Positions 19,677 through 29,779 are shown, counted from the first letter of the stretch. The stretch: 64,000 nucleotides of DNA from Bacteroidia bacterium (GCA_025062295.1 JANXAJ010000003.1:16099-80098); one strand, 5' to 3'. A program made the numbers and translations. Notes: generated from the letters alone by a model not told the origin.

Positions 19677-20255
19677 ATGAAAATCTACACCAAAACAGGG
19701 GATAAGGGAGAGACAGGGCTTTTGGGAGGGGGGCGAGTCTCAAAGGCAGATCCTCGAATAGAAGCCTACGGCACCATAGACGAGCTAAATGCAATGATCG
19801 GACTCCTGGCTCAATACGTACCGGCAGAGGAAAAGGATAGTCTCCGACGCATCCAATCTTCCCTCTTCACGATAGGCTCTCATTTAGCAGCGGGACGCGC
19901 AGAGAAGCCTGTACCTCTTCCTATACTGGAACCCTCAGAGATAGAATGGCTGGAAAACGACATAGATAGACGAACTGGAGAGATTCCGCCCTTGAGACAT
20001 TTTATCCTCCCCGGGAGCTGTGAGCCCGAAGCTTATGCTCAAGTCGCTCGGACAATATGCCGTCGAGCAGAACGACGACTTGTAGCTTTGTATTTGAGCG
20101 AACCGGGAGAGACCATCTTCCTTCAGTATCTCAATCGGCTTAGCGATTGGCTCTTCATTTTTGGGCGTTACTTGAGCTGGCGGCTTGGAGTAGAGGAGAT
20201 CCCATGGAAGCCTGCGAAGGTCAGGCAGGACCCTTCGCAGACTGCTTCTTCATAA
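19677..20255 (+). CDS. ATP:cob(I)alamin adenosyltransferase (PduO-type)
   Basis: MKIYTKTGDKGETGL N-terminus is characteristic of PduO/MMAB-type adenosyltransferases. Confidence 0.8.
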   Translation: MKIYTKTGDKGETGLLGGGRVSKADPRIEAYGTIDELNAMIGLLAQYVPAEEKDSLRRIQSSLFTIGSHLAAGRAEKPVPLPILEPSEIEWLENDIDRRTGEIPPLRHFILPGSCEPEAYAQVARTICRRAERRLVALYLSEPGETIFLQYLNRLSDWLFIFGRYLSWRLGVEEIPWKPAKVRQDPSQTASS

Positions 20256-20285
20256 TAGTCATCATATAATAGATGTCTTGCATTA

Positions 20286-20822
20286 CTATTGCCGCCGATA
20301 TATCCCCCGAAAGCTCACCTCCACCTCAGTGGCAATTTTCTCCCATAGCATCCGAGGAACTTTAATCTTATAATCTGCTGGACGAACAAAAAATCGTCCC
20401 GTCAGAACCAGTTGCTGATCTTTTCGTACCTCATAGAGTCCTGACACAATCTCTTCCCTTTGAACCCCATGGATCTCCATTATTCCTCTTGCACTCACAG
20501 CATAAGTCCCCTCCTGTGTATAAGGAAAAGGAGCTACTAACTTCCCTCGGAAAAAGGCATATGGATACCGGTCAGTCTCTAAATAGCTTTCATTGAAGTG
20601 CTCTTCCATAAGCTTATTTGGGAAAGAAAAGTTGCGCACCTTCACTCGTACATACACAGAATCGGTGGCGAAATCAACCCAACTTGTACAACCTGTCCGA
20701 TTTTCCGCAGCTATCTTCTCCAATGGAGCATCGGAATAGAAGGAAATGATCAGGGTATCTGTAACATAGCGCTGCCCCCATGCATATAAAGTGAAAAACA
20801 AGAGTATGCTAACTTGCCTCAT
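20286..20822 (-). CDS. YceI-like periplasmic polyisoprenoid-binding protein
   Basis: Signal peptide at ATG 20822 (MRQVSILLFFTLYAWGQ). YceI-like length and beta-rich sequence. The track start at 20912 would overlap the upstream gene. Confidence 0.6.
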   Translation of the reverse strand: MRQVSILLFFTLYAWGQRYVTDTLIISFYSDAPLEKIAAENRTGCTSWVDFATDSVYVRVKVRNFSFPNKLMEEHFNESYLETDRYPYAFFRGKLVAPFPYTQEGTYAVSARGIMEIHGVQREEIVSGLYEVRKDQQLVLTGRFFVRPADYKIKVPRMLWEKIATEVEVSFRGIYRRQ

Positions 20823-21642
20823 CCTGCTCAGGCATTTGGAAAGAGAAAATCCTTGAGATATTGAAGCCCAAGCGCAGGAGAGGGCGACGAGTAAAAAGAA
20901 CCTGATTTTCACTCAATCCATCTGCACTAGTGATTCCTATTTGAAAGACATGACCGCCTGTCTCCACTTCTATTCCTGCACTCCATGGGAAGCGGTAATC
21001 GGGAAGGAGACTCGGCTGCCAAAGAGGAAAGGCTCCTTCTCCAAAAATCGTAAAGCGAGCAGCAATCTTGAATCGAGCCCCTCCCATTATCCATCCCCAT
21101 GTATTGGGAAGCTCCGTTGCTAAAGCCACATTTTGATGAAGAAGCATCCCTCCTATCATTAGCGAAAATCGCCTAGAGAATTTCCGAGCCAGCAGAAGCT
21201 GATGAAGGTACTCCCATCTGTCATCCCAGCGCCGATAGCGAAGAGGGTCTTTCCTTTCTGTAAGGAAAGCCATACTAATCACGGTGAGAGAGAAAGGAAT
21301 GCCCTTAGGCTCAGTCTGACGGAGAAGGCGCCCCTTGAAATAGCCATTCCACCACTTTCCCGCTCCAGTCCTTTCTACTCCGAACTCTGCCCACCGAAAA
21401 AATGAGTACCCAAAGCTCAGCCGAACAGTTGCGCCTGCATCTATTCCGAAAAAGTTTTCATATCCTTGAGTCAAGTCACCAAAACGATGGGCAACCCGAA
21501 ACTCAAAGTGATGAGGAGCTAAAGTTTCTGTAGTGTGGAAGTTATAGAGGCGTGTGCCTTTGAATGTAGCGAGGACAGGATATTGCTCTTCTTGCCCCCG
21601 CAAGGTTATAACACCTATGCTCCAGAGAAAGAGGATTCTCAT
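20809..21642 (-). CDS. Secreted hypothetical protein, probably an outer-membrane beta-barrel
   Basis: Signal peptide from ATG 21642 (MRILFLWSIGVITLRGQ). Alternating hydrophobic beta-strand pattern, aromatic-rich, ends in F..-type residues. The track ORF extends to 21744. Confidence 0.4.
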   Translation of the reverse strand: MRILFLWSIGVITLRGQEEQYPVLATFKGTRLYNFHTTETLAPHHFEFRVAHRFGDLTQGYENFFGIDAGATVRLSFGYSFFRWAEFGVERTGAGKWWNGYFKGRLLRQTEPKGIPFSLTVISMAFLTERKDPLRYRRWDDRWEYLHQLLLARKFSRRFSLMIGGMLLHQNVALATELPNTWGWIMGGARFKIAARFTIFGEGAFPLWQPSLLPDYRFPWSAGIEVETGGHVFQIGITSADGLSENQVLFTRRPLLRLGFNISRIFSFQMPEQDEAS

Positions 21643-21983
21643 TGAGGATAGCCTAACTCTATCCACCTTCGCAGGTGGGCGAGGGTACAGTCGTCCAAGC
21701 GCCCAGTCGGCGGCATAGAGCCATTTTCCATGACTTGGTACCATTTTCCCGTTTCTGCTGAGCGGCGCACCTCCTGATAGGAGTCCAGTCGCACCCCTGC
21801 TGAGGGATTAGAGCCTCCATGACAGCTTGTGCAGTGGCGGCGCATCGCCTCAGCTACATATCTCCCATACGTGACCATCATCGTGTCCAAACCAGCACAA
21901 GCAGAGGTAGGAGCCACAGGTTTCTCTCTTTTGCAATCTAACAAAAGCAAGCCCAAAGCCAGCCCTAAAATCTTCCTCCCCAT
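21639..21983 (-). CDS. Small mono-heme c-type cytochrome lipoprotein with a PSCyt1-like (Planctomycete cytochrome C) domain
   Basis: Lipoprotein signal MGRKILGLALGLLLLDC. Single CTSCHGG heme site followed by ...GSMPPTGRL..C.LAHLRRWIELG, resembling the PSCyt1 pattern CxxCHG...MPP...L..WI..GA. Confidence 0.5.
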   Translation of the reverse strand: MGRKILGLALGLLLLDCKREKPVAPTSACAGLDTMMVTYGRYVAEAMRRHCTSCHGGSNPSAGVRLDSYQEVRRSAETGKWYQVMENGSMPPTGRLDDCTLAHLRRWIELGYPQ

Positions 21984-22011
21984 CCTCTGTATAAGAAACA
22001 AAACTCCTTCC

Positions 22012-23505
22012 TCAGCCTTCCTCGTCCTGAAAGAGCTTGAGGAGCTGATTACCTGTAGGCTTGCCCTTGACTGCAGTCCAGTAAGCATCTTTAGCAGCAG
22101 TGAGGCTGACATGCCAATCAACAAGGGGAGGCGGATAACCTAAGGACCTGCGAATCTCTGGCTCAGGCATATAAACCCTTGGTGCAGATAAAGACCGAAG
22201 CTCAGGCACCCAGAGACGGATGAAGCTGCCCTCCGGATCATAGAGCTTTGCCTGTCGGACAGGGTCAAACCAACGGAACCCTCGTCCATCTGTCCCCACA
22301 CCTGCTTGATAGAGCCAGTTGCCCCAGTTGCTATATACATCATAGTCTATGAGCTGCACTTCAAAGTAGCTGGCTCCCCATCGCCAATCTATGAAGAGGT
22401 TTTTAGTGAGGAAGCTGGCTACGATTTGTCGAGCTCTATTGGAGGTCCAGCCAGTCGCTTTGAGTTCTCTCATCGCTGCATCAATAATGGGATAGCCTGT
22501 GTTTCCCTCTATCCATGCCTGAAAAAGCTGCATGTCATGGCGCCAAGGCAGCTTGAGGTTGCGGAGCCCACCTACTGCAAATAGGCGACATCCCCAACGG
22601 GCACTAAGCCAACGAAAATATTCTCGCCATAAAAGTTCAAAGAAGAGCCAATAAGTGGAGTCATTTGCTCCATGCCTTTTCTCTGCTTCTCGCAGACGCT
22701 CACAGATCCATCGAGGCGACAGACAGCCCACCGCCAGCCACGGCGAGAGATGGCTGCTGAAATCGCTGCCCCAAAAGCCATTTCTAGTTTCTTTATAGGT
22801 AAAAAGAGCCCTTTCAAAATAGGCTTCCACTCGAGCCTGCCCTGCTCGCTCTCCCCCTTTGAAGGGAAAACTTTTTTCATGCAGAGGAGGAAGAGCTGAG
22901 AGTCTTTGCCGAAGGATCTTAGCAGTCTCTTCAATTGGCTGACTCGCTGGAGGGAGAGAGGGAGAAGGAAGTGGAGGCTTCACACGAGCTGTCCGCTCCA
23001 CGAGCTGACGAAACCGAGTGAAAAGCATCGGTAGGGAGTCCAAAGGGAAAGGAAGCTGGTGGGTTTCATAAAGGGAATTCCCCTCATGCAGGATAAGAGG
23101 AATCCCTTTTGCTTCCAGAGCGCAAGCAGTAGCACTCTGATAGCTGATCTCCTCAGGGGCCCATTCCCGATGAGCATAGACTATAGAGACTCCCTGCGAG
23201 GCGGCCCATACAGGAAGAACCTCCTGCGGCTCTCCTTCTAAAAGGGTGAGCGGTACCCGTTCAGCTAAATCCAATAATGACTCTAAAATAAAACGCTCCC
23301 GAGCAGGACTCAGCCGACGATTAAACCCTAAAGATTGAGAGGGATAAGAATACTTACCCCATCCAGCGACAGGAGGACCCCACACATAAACAAATTCTAC
23401 CCGAGCTGGTCGGCGCTCCAGTGCAGCCTGCAGAGCAGGATGATCATGCAGACGAAGATCATTCAAAAGCCAAATGGCAACCTTCTCTCCCATAGCTTCA
23501 TTCAT
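22012..23505 (-). CDS. Cryptochrome DASH / DNA photolyase family protein
   Basis: Photolyase N-terminal alpha/beta domain and FAD-binding domain (WREYF, GWTSNRARQIVASFL, DYDVYSNWGNWLYQAG). Confidence 0.85.
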   Translation of the reverse strand: MNEAMGEKVAIWLLNDLRLHDHPALQAALERRPARVEFVYVWGPPVAGWGKYSYPSQSLGFNRRLSPARERFILESLLDLAERVPLTLLEGEPQEVLPVWAASQGVSIVYAHREWAPEEISYQSATACALEAKGIPLILHEGNSLYETHQLPFPLDSLPMLFTRFRQLVERTARVKPPLPSPSLPPASQPIEETAKILRQRLSALPPLHEKSFPFKGGERAGQARVEAYFERALFTYKETRNGFWGSDFSSHLSPWLAVGCLSPRWICERLREAEKRHGANDSTYWLFFELLWREYFRWLSARWGCRLFAVGGLRNLKLPWRHDMQLFQAWIEGNTGYPIIDAAMRELKATGWTSNRARQIVASFLTKNLFIDWRWGASYFEVQLIDYDVYSNWGNWLYQAGVGTDGRGFRWFDPVRQAKLYDPEGSFIRLWVPELRSLSAPRVYMPEPEIRRSLGYPPPLVDWHVSLTAAKDAYWTAVKGKPTGNQLLKLFQDEEG

Positions 23506-24085
23506 CCGTTAACGAATCCTCCTCTAAAAATGTACCGCTCAGCTCCTCCTCCGCATCTCCTCCAGAGGGAAGGAGCTCTTCCTCAGGAAGGATTTCCTCC
23601 TCTGTTATGTCTACAGAGGGTAGAGGGGGCACATTTGGAAAAGGCTCTGAGAGAGGAAGAAGCTCAGCAGGAAGAGGGGGTGAAGAAGAGGGCTTTTTAG
23701 CCAAGAGTGCATTGTGATAGGCACGAACCTGAGCCACACTTGTATGGGGAGGGGCTAAGAGATACACTCTGGCACTGCTCCACAAGCGAGCAGGAGTGCG
23801 AGGATGCTGAACAAGAAAAAGGTAAAACCCCGCTCGTGGAATGCTAATCTCCGTTTGGTGGGGCAACCCCTTCTGGGGAAAAAGGCGGCCTCGGTTGACC
23901 ACGCCCAGAGCGTTTCGAACAATCAGTATAAAAGTATCCTGCCGCCACTGCTCAGGCGCTATGTACCGAATGACAAGCCTTCCCGCAGGTAAAACCGTGT
24001 CTCGCCCCGTAGGTCCGATAAGAAGCCGCTGCCCTAACGCAGAACTAATAGCAAGAAAGAAAACCCATCTCAAGAAGACCTCCAC
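23498..24085 (-). CDS. Hypothetical secreted protein with Pro-rich linker and acidic C-terminal tail
   Basis: Signal peptide VFFLAISSALGQ. C-terminus PSVDITEEEILPEEELLPSGGDAEEELSGTFLEEDSLTDE. Overlaps cryptochrome start by 8 nt. Confidence 0.4.
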   Translation of the reverse strand: MEVFLRWVFFLAISSALGQRLLIGPTGRDTVLPAGRLVIRYIAPEQWRQDTFILIVRNALGVVNRGRLFPQKGLPHQTEISIPRAGFYLFLVQHPRTPARLWSSARVYLLAPPHTSVAQVRAYHNALLAKKPSSSPPLPAELLPLSEPFPNVPPLPSVDITEEEILPEEELLPSGGDAEEELSGTFLEEDSLTDE

Positions 24086-24621
24086 TTAATAGAGCAGCCT
24101 AACGCAGGATATTGAGGTTCAGGCGCTGGCTTCCCGCTCAGAAGGGACTCCAAAGCCTCGCGAAGCTCCTCACGAGTAACACTGGAAGGGTCTTTCCAAT
24201 TGTCATCCAAACGCCCATGATAATACAGCCGATGATTGGAATCATATGCGAAAAATTCTGGCGTGCAAGCTGCTTTGAACGATTTCGCCACCTCTTGGGT
24301 CTCATCAAAAAGAATCGGAAAAGGATAATTCTTTTCATGAATTCGTCTGCATAAAGCTTCGGGAGAGTCCTCATCAGGATAAAGGGTGGGGTCATTTGAA
24401 GCGATCCCTATCCATGCAATCCCCTTTGGAATAAATTCTCGAGCTAAAGCCAGCATACGCTCTTCTACTGCCCTTACATACGGGCAATGACCACAGGTGA
24501 ATACAATCACTACTGGCTTCTGATGAAACATATCACTCTCTATATATTCCCCACAGACGCCCATGAGCTTGAACTTAGGCATAGGTGTGCCTAACGCCAC
24601 ATTCTCCATAAAGGTTGGCAT
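24070..24621 (-). CDS. Thioredoxin-fold thiol-disulfide oxidoreductase (CGHC active site)
   Basis: VVIVFTCGHCPYV thioredoxin-like CxxC motif. About 180 aa. Confidence 0.65.
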   Translation of the reverse strand: MPTFMENVALGTPMPKFKLMGVCGEYIESDMFHQKPVVIVFTCGHCPYVRAVEERMLALAREFIPKGIAWIGIASNDPTLYPDEDSPEALCRRIHEKNYPFPILFDETQEVAKSFKAACTPEFFAYDSNHRLYYHGRLDDNWKDPSSVTREELREALESLLSGKPAPEPQYPALGCSIKWRSS

Positions 24622-24680
24622 GCTTCAAAGATAGCACAAAATAGGGCACTTCATTTCTCGAAATACGTTTATTTGTCTGT

Positions 24681-26483
24681 GTGGACATAGAAGCAGCTAA
24701 GGAGACCCTTCCTGATGCGCCTGGCGTGTATAAGTTTCTCAACACGAGAGGGGAGGTGATTTATGTAGGGAAAGCACGCAATTTGCGTCGTCGGGTCCTG
24801 AGCTACTTTAGCCGAGCCGAAGACCCTAAATGCGACTATAAAACGAGAAATCTTGTACGGCATATCGCTCAAGTGGAGTGGATCCTCACAGATACTGAAT
24901 GGGACGCCCTCCTTTTAGAGAATAATCTCATCAAATACTACAATCCTCGCTTCAATGTCCTTCTCAAGGATGGCAAGACTTATCCCTACCTCTGCATCAC
25001 AGCAGAATCCTATCCTCGTCTGCTTTTTCTTCGGCAAAAAGTGTATCCAGATGCAAAATATTATGGACCCTTTCCTGGGGGAGGAATGCTACGGTCTCTG
25101 ATGGAGCTCTTTCAGACGCTATATCGGCTGCGGGATTGCGACCTCAAGCTCACGCCTGAAGGAGTAGCGGCAGGACGGTTTCGGGCATGTGTCAAGTACT
25201 ATATTGGCAATTGCGCTGCCCCATGTATTGGGAAGCAGAGCCATTCAGCTTATTTAGAGGCAGTGCAGGAGATTCAGCGGCTCTTAGAGGGGGAATGGGA
25301 ACTGGTCTTAGCAGAAATAGATCGGCAGCGTCAGCAAGCAGTAGAGACACTGGAATTTGAGAGGGCTCATGAGCTTAAGAAGCGATTAGAGCAGCTTCGA
25401 GCTTATCAGCAGCGCAGCCTCATTGCCGATGCAGCTCTCGGAGATATAGAAGTCTTGAGCTTCGTTACAGGGGTCAAGATAAGTGTAGTTCATCATCTTC
25501 GTGTGCAAAAAGGGAGAGTGGTGGCAAGCCACACCTGGCAGTTCCCTACACGAGACTGGGAGGAGACTCCCTACGAAGTCTTAGAACGGATTATCGGGGA
25601 AATCGCAGCAGATCACCCCCACCCACCTCATCAGATCCTCTTAGATGGATGGCCTTCTGACAAAGCTCTACCTGAATGGCATAATTTCACTTTCCTTTTT
25701 CCAGAAGAAAGCTCGGCGCTCACAGCCCTGGCTGTCTTCTGTCGGAAAACAGCTCTTTCTATTGTTGAACAGAAAAATGCTTTTCTCACTGAAAAAACCT
25801 CCAAACAAGAGGCTACGCTTCAAGAGTTAGCTGCGCTTCTCAAGCTCCCTAAATTCCCCTTGCGGATAGAGTGCATAGATAATTCTCATATTCAGGGAAG
25901 CCATATGGTCTCTGGGGTAGCGGTATTTATTCGAGGAGAGCCTCGCCGAAGTGAATATCGACGATACATTCATGAGAATCTCTCTGAAGGAAATGACTTT
26001 GAAGCGATTCGGGCAGTTATTCGCCGCAGGTATGAGAAACGGCTCCGAGCAGGCATGCCACTGCCGGACCTCCTCTTGATTGACGGGGGGAAGGGCCAGC
26101 TTGCTGCGGCTTGCGAAGCCATGCAGGAAATTGGTTTGAATGTTCCCGTTTTCGCCTTAGCCAAAAAGAAAGAGGAAATTTTCAGTCCCGATCGCAAATC
26201 TCCTCTATTCATAGATAAGCGCAGTCCCGTCCTGAGACTCTTGCAGCGCATCCGAGATGAGAGCCATGAGACAGCAGTGGGGTTTCACCGGCAGCGACGG
26301 GATGCAGCAGCTTTGCGTACGCTCCTTCTTTCAGTCCCTGGTATTGGCACAAAGTGCGCTGAAAAACTTCTGACCGAATTTGGCTCTCTTGAGCGGCTAC
26401 GCACCGCCTCTTTAGAGGACCTATGTCGTATCTTAGGCAAACGCCGAGGAGAAAGTCTCCATTCTTTTTTGCAGCATGTCTAA
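24681..26483 (+). CDS. uvrC: Excinuclease ABC subunit C
   Basis: GIY-YIG N-terminus (GVYKFLNTRGEVIYVGKARNLRRR), UvrBC-interaction region and C-terminal HhH. Confidence 0.9.
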   Translation: MDIEAAKETLPDAPGVYKFLNTRGEVIYVGKARNLRRRVLSYFSRAEDPKCDYKTRNLVRHIAQVEWILTDTEWDALLLENNLIKYYNPRFNVLLKDGKTYPYLCITAESYPRLLFLRQKVYPDAKYYGPFPGGGMLRSLMELFQTLYRLRDCDLKLTPEGVAAGRFRACVKYYIGNCAAPCIGKQSHSAYLEAVQEIQRLLEGEWELVLAEIDRQRQQAVETLEFERAHELKKRLEQLRAYQQRSLIADAALGDIEVLSFVTGVKISVVHHLRVQKGRVVASHTWQFPTRDWEETPYEVLERIIGEIAADHPHPPHQILLDGWPSDKALPEWHNFTFLFPEESSALTALAVFCRKTALSIVEQKNAFLTEKTSKQEATLQELAALLKLPKFPLRIECIDNSHIQGSHMVSGVAVFIRGEPRRSEYRRYIHENLSEGNDFEAIRAVIRRRYEKRLRAGMPLPDLLLIDGGKGQLAAACEAMQEIGLNVPVFALAKKKEEIFSPDRKSPLFIDKRSPVLRLLQRIRDESHETAVGFHRQRRDAAALRTLLLSVPGIGTKCAEKLLTEFGSLERLRTASLEDLCRILGKRRGESLHSFLQHV

Positions 26484-26754
26484 GTCTATTGGCGAACTGC
26501 TGGAGAGCTTCTTTTCAGGGAAACTCCCTCAGAAGGCGCCTCTGGAGGCTCGGGTATGGGAGGCGTGGCAGCGTATCGTTGGCCCAGACTTGGCAAAGCA
26601 TACAGCAAGCATCCGAATTAGGGGCAAAAAGTGCATCGTCCAAATCCGAGAGCCGCTTCTTCGGATGGAAGTTCAGTACCGCGCTCCCCTTCTATTAGAG
26701 CTTCTTCATGCGGCGGGCTTTCCTGAAATTGAGAGAATACAGGTTTCCTCATAG
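26476..26754 (+). CDS. DUF721-like small protein
   Basis: 92 aa with W..IVG......T....I..G.L.V pattern typical of DUF721. Overlaps uvrC stop by 8 nt. Confidence 0.5.
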   Translation: MSKSIGELLESFFSGKLPQKAPLEARVWEAWQRIVGPDLAKHTASIRIRGKKCIVQIREPLLRMEVQYRAPLLLELLHAAGFPEIERIQVSS

Positions 26755-27159
26755 AAAGAGGGTATAGACCAGCTCCCCTGTGGCATCTTGGTCTGCAAGT
26801 GGGCGAAAGCCTGCCTTTTCAAAAAAGGAGCGAGCCGTCGTGTTTTTCACATGCACAGCGGCGCGCACCTCTCTGGTTCGGGCGCTACGCCGCAGAGCTT
26901 CTATGACTGCATTTAGGAGCTTTTTTCCATACCCACATCGCTGATACTCTGCATCTATTGCTATCCTGGCTATCCACACAAGTGGAGGCCGCCCCACTAC
27001 CTCCGCTATACCAATAAGCTTCTCATCCAGCCAGAGACCCCAGCGCTGAATCCCTCTCTCTCGAATAGAAGGTTTTGCTAAGAACTGCCGCTGCTCTTCC
27101 AAGAGACGAAGAGGAAACTCTTCCCCTACTAAATCGCCCAAAGCACGAACGCTCAGCAT
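26749..27159 (-). CDS. GNAT family N-acetyltransferase
   Basis: Acetyl-CoA binding motif QRCGYGKKLL. Confidence 0.7.
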   Translation of the reverse strand: MLSVRALGDLVGEEFPLRLLEEQRQFLAKPSIRERGIQRWGLWLDEKLIGIAEVVGRPPLVWIARIAIDAEYQRCGYGKKLLNAVIEALRRSARTREVRAAVHVKNTTARSFFEKAGFRPLADQDATGELVYTLFL

Positions 27160-27187
27160 TACCTCTTCTCCTCTTTAGCATAGAGAC

Positions 27188-29779
27188 TCATTTCTGGGAG
27201 AGGGGAAGGAAGTCCATGAGCTGCTGGAGAGAAACAAAGGAGGGCTTTAGCTTACCGGTAGCTATTTTGGGTTGACCACCGCCACGTCCGCCCATCACAG
27301 AAAGAATGCGAGACAGGATGGTTTGAGCTTCAGCGGGTGCTGCCACGCCTATTTCCGCCCCATCCGCTTTGGACCAAACGACAATAAAGGTAGCCATCGG
27401 TCGCAAATGCTGAAGAGCCTGAAGAAAATCCCGAAGAAGGGTGCCCTGAGGCAATTCAACTTCTACAACATACGCCTCTTTCTCTCCCCACTTAGAGAGA
27501 AGATTATGGGCATATAAGCGAATCCATTCTTTTTCTCGGGATTCCCATTCAGCTTTTTCTACCAAAAGCTTTTCCACGGCTCGGAGGGGCTGGCTTGGCA
27601 CTTTGAGAAGGGCAGATAAACGCTGCATTTCAGCCATGTGTGCCTCTACCCAGTGAAGGTAAGCATCCCCTGTAATCGCCTCTATGCGCCGAATCCCAGC
27701 CGCACTCGCACTTTCACTCAAAATCTTGAAGTAGCGCAACTCCAAAGTATTGCTGACATGAGTCCCACCACACAGCTCCCGAGAGAATTTACCCCCAAAT
27801 TCAATCATGCGCACCCGCTCACCATATTTCTCGCCAAAAAAAGCCAAAGCTCCCTTGGCTATTGCCTCCTCGTATGGCACATCCCGATATTCTCGTCGGG
27901 GCAGAGCCGCCGCAATCTTATCATTGACAAGCCTTTCTACGAGCATGATTTCTTCGGATGTAAGCTTCTGGGGATGAGTAAAGTCAAAGCGAAGTCGGTC
28001 TGGCCCTACAAATGAACCACTTTGACGAACGTGAGAGCCAAGGATTTGCCTAAGAGCTGCATGTAGTAGATGTGTCGCCGTGTGGTGCTGAGAAGCTCCC
28101 CGACGCCGACTAATGTCCACTACTGCGTGCCATTCACCTTCTGGATTTTCGGGCAGCTTTGAGAGAACATGGATAATACTCTCCTGCTCACGATACACAT
28201 GAACTACTTCCAGCTGGTCCTGACTTCGCCGAAGATATCCTGTATCGCTAACTTGTCCTCCACCCTCTGGATAGAAAGGCGTTTTATCCAGGATCACATG
28301 ATACTGTTTCCCTTTTGCCCCTTCTACCTGCCGCATACGAATGATCCGCACCCGAGCCTCATAAGTGTCATATCCTACAAAGACAGACTCTCTCCCCTCT
28401 TCCACTTCTAACCAGTCCCCCACACTTCGATAAGTGGCTTGACGACTACGAGCTTTCTGCAGGGAGAGAGCTCGGTGATAACCTTCCAAATCTATGGAGA
28501 GACCCTTTTCTTTAGCAATGAGGTTGGTCAGGTCCACGGGAAATCCATAAGTGTCATAGAGTTCAAATACTACCTCTCCAGGCAGAACCTTTTCTGAGGA
28601 ATGGGCAAGAAAATGCTCTAATCGAGCCATTCCGCGCCCTAGGGTACGCAGAAAGCTCTCTTCCTCTCCAGCGATCACCTTCTGTATGGTCTCAACCTGA
28701 GCTTTCACCTCAGGAAAAGCCTCAGCATACACCTCAGCTAAAACGGGAACTAGCTCGTGGAGAAAAGGCTCATTTTTATTGAGCAACTGATAACTATAGC
28801 GAAGGGCTCGGCGAAGGAGTCGTCGCAGGATATATCCAGCACCTACATTACTCGGGAGCTGTCCATCCGCAATAGCAAAGCTCAGCGCCCGAATATGGTC
28901 ACACACAACGCGAATAGCTACATCTATTTGTCCGCCTTGTCCATACCGCTGACCAGTCCGCTGCTCTACAGCGGCACGCAAAGTCTGAAAAATATCTATG
29001 TCATATGTAGAGGTTACCCCCTGCAAAACCATTCCTAAACGCTCAAGTCCCATCCCTGTATCTACGCTCTGAAATGGAAGTACTTCCAAGCTTCCATCGG
29101 CGCGCCGATGATATTGAATAAAGACGAGATTCCAGAGTTCAATTACATGAGGATTGCCTGTATTGAGAAGAGAAGCAGCACTTCCCTCGGCATCAGGCCG
29201 AAGGTCTATGTGGATCTCTGTGCAAGGACCACAAGGACCCGTCTCCCCCATCTCCCAAAAGTTGTCCTTTCGTCCAAAAAATCGGATACGCTCCGACGGC
29301 ACATATCGCTGCCAGTACCGAAAGGTATCTTCATCCCGAGGAAGCTCCCATTCCTCATCCCCACCGAAAACAGTGATGTAAAGCCTCTCAGCAGGGATAC
29401 CATATACCTCAGTCAAAAGCTCCCATGCCCATTCTATGGCTTCCGCTTTGAAGTAATCCCCAAAAGACCAATTCCCTAACATCTCAAAGAAAGTATGGTG
29501 ATAAGTATCGTGTCCTACCTCTTCTAAATCATTATGCTTGCCAGAGACCCGAAGGCACTTCTGAGTATTGGCTACACGAGGAGCGGGTGGCTCTTTGAAA
29601 CCCATGAATACTTCCTTGAAAGGATTCATGCCAGCATTCACGAAAAAGAGAGTGGGGTCGTTTTTACTTACTAAGGGGGCAGAAGGGACAATTAAATGAC
29701 CTTTACTCTTGAAAAAATCTAAAAAGGTTTTTCGCACCTGAGTTGTGCTCCACATGGAAGCAAAGTTATCAAAGGGCAA
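27188..29779 (-). CDS. alaS: Alanyl-tRNA synthetase
   Basis: N-terminus WSTTQVRKTFLDFFKSKGH and the HxxxH/CxxxH zinc editing-domain motifs. 863 aa. Confidence 0.9.
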   Translation of the reverse strand: MPFDNFASMWSTTQVRKTFLDFFKSKGHLIVPSAPLVSKNDPTLFFVNAGMNPFKEVFMGFKEPPAPRVANTQKCLRVSGKHNDLEEVGHDTYHHTFFEMLGNWSFGDYFKAEAIEWAWELLTEVYGIPAERLYITVFGGDEEWELPRDEDTFRYWQRYVPSERIRFFGRKDNFWEMGETGPCGPCTEIHIDLRPDAEGSAASLLNTGNPHVIELWNLVFIQYHRRADGSLEVLPFQSVDTGMGLERLGMVLQGVTSTYDIDIFQTLRAAVEQRTGQRYGQGGQIDVAIRVVCDHIRALSFAIADGQLPSNVGAGYILRRLLRRALRYSYQLLNKNEPFLHELVPVLAEVYAEAFPEVKAQVETIQKVIAGEEESFLRTLGRGMARLEHFLAHSSEKVLPGEVVFELYDTYGFPVDLTNLIAKEKGLSIDLEGYHRALSLQKARSRQATYRSVGDWLEVEEGRESVFVGYDTYEARVRIIRMRQVEGAKGKQYHVILDKTPFYPEGGGQVSDTGYLRRSQDQLEVVHVYREQESIIHVLSKLPENPEGEWHAVVDISRRRGASQHHTATHLLHAALRQILGSHVRQSGSFVGPDRLRFDFTHPQKLTSEEIMLVERLVNDKIAAALPRREYRDVPYEEAIAKGALAFFGEKYGERVRMIEFGGKFSRELCGGTHVSNTLELRYFKILSESASAAGIRRIEAITGDAYLHWVEAHMAEMQRLSALLKVPSQPLRAVEKLLVEKAEWESREKEWIRLYAHNLLSKWGEKEAYVVEVELPQGTLLRDFLQALQHLRPMATFIVVWSKADGAEIGVAAPAEAQTILSRILSVMGGRGGGQPKIATGKLKPSFVSLQQLMDFLPLSQK

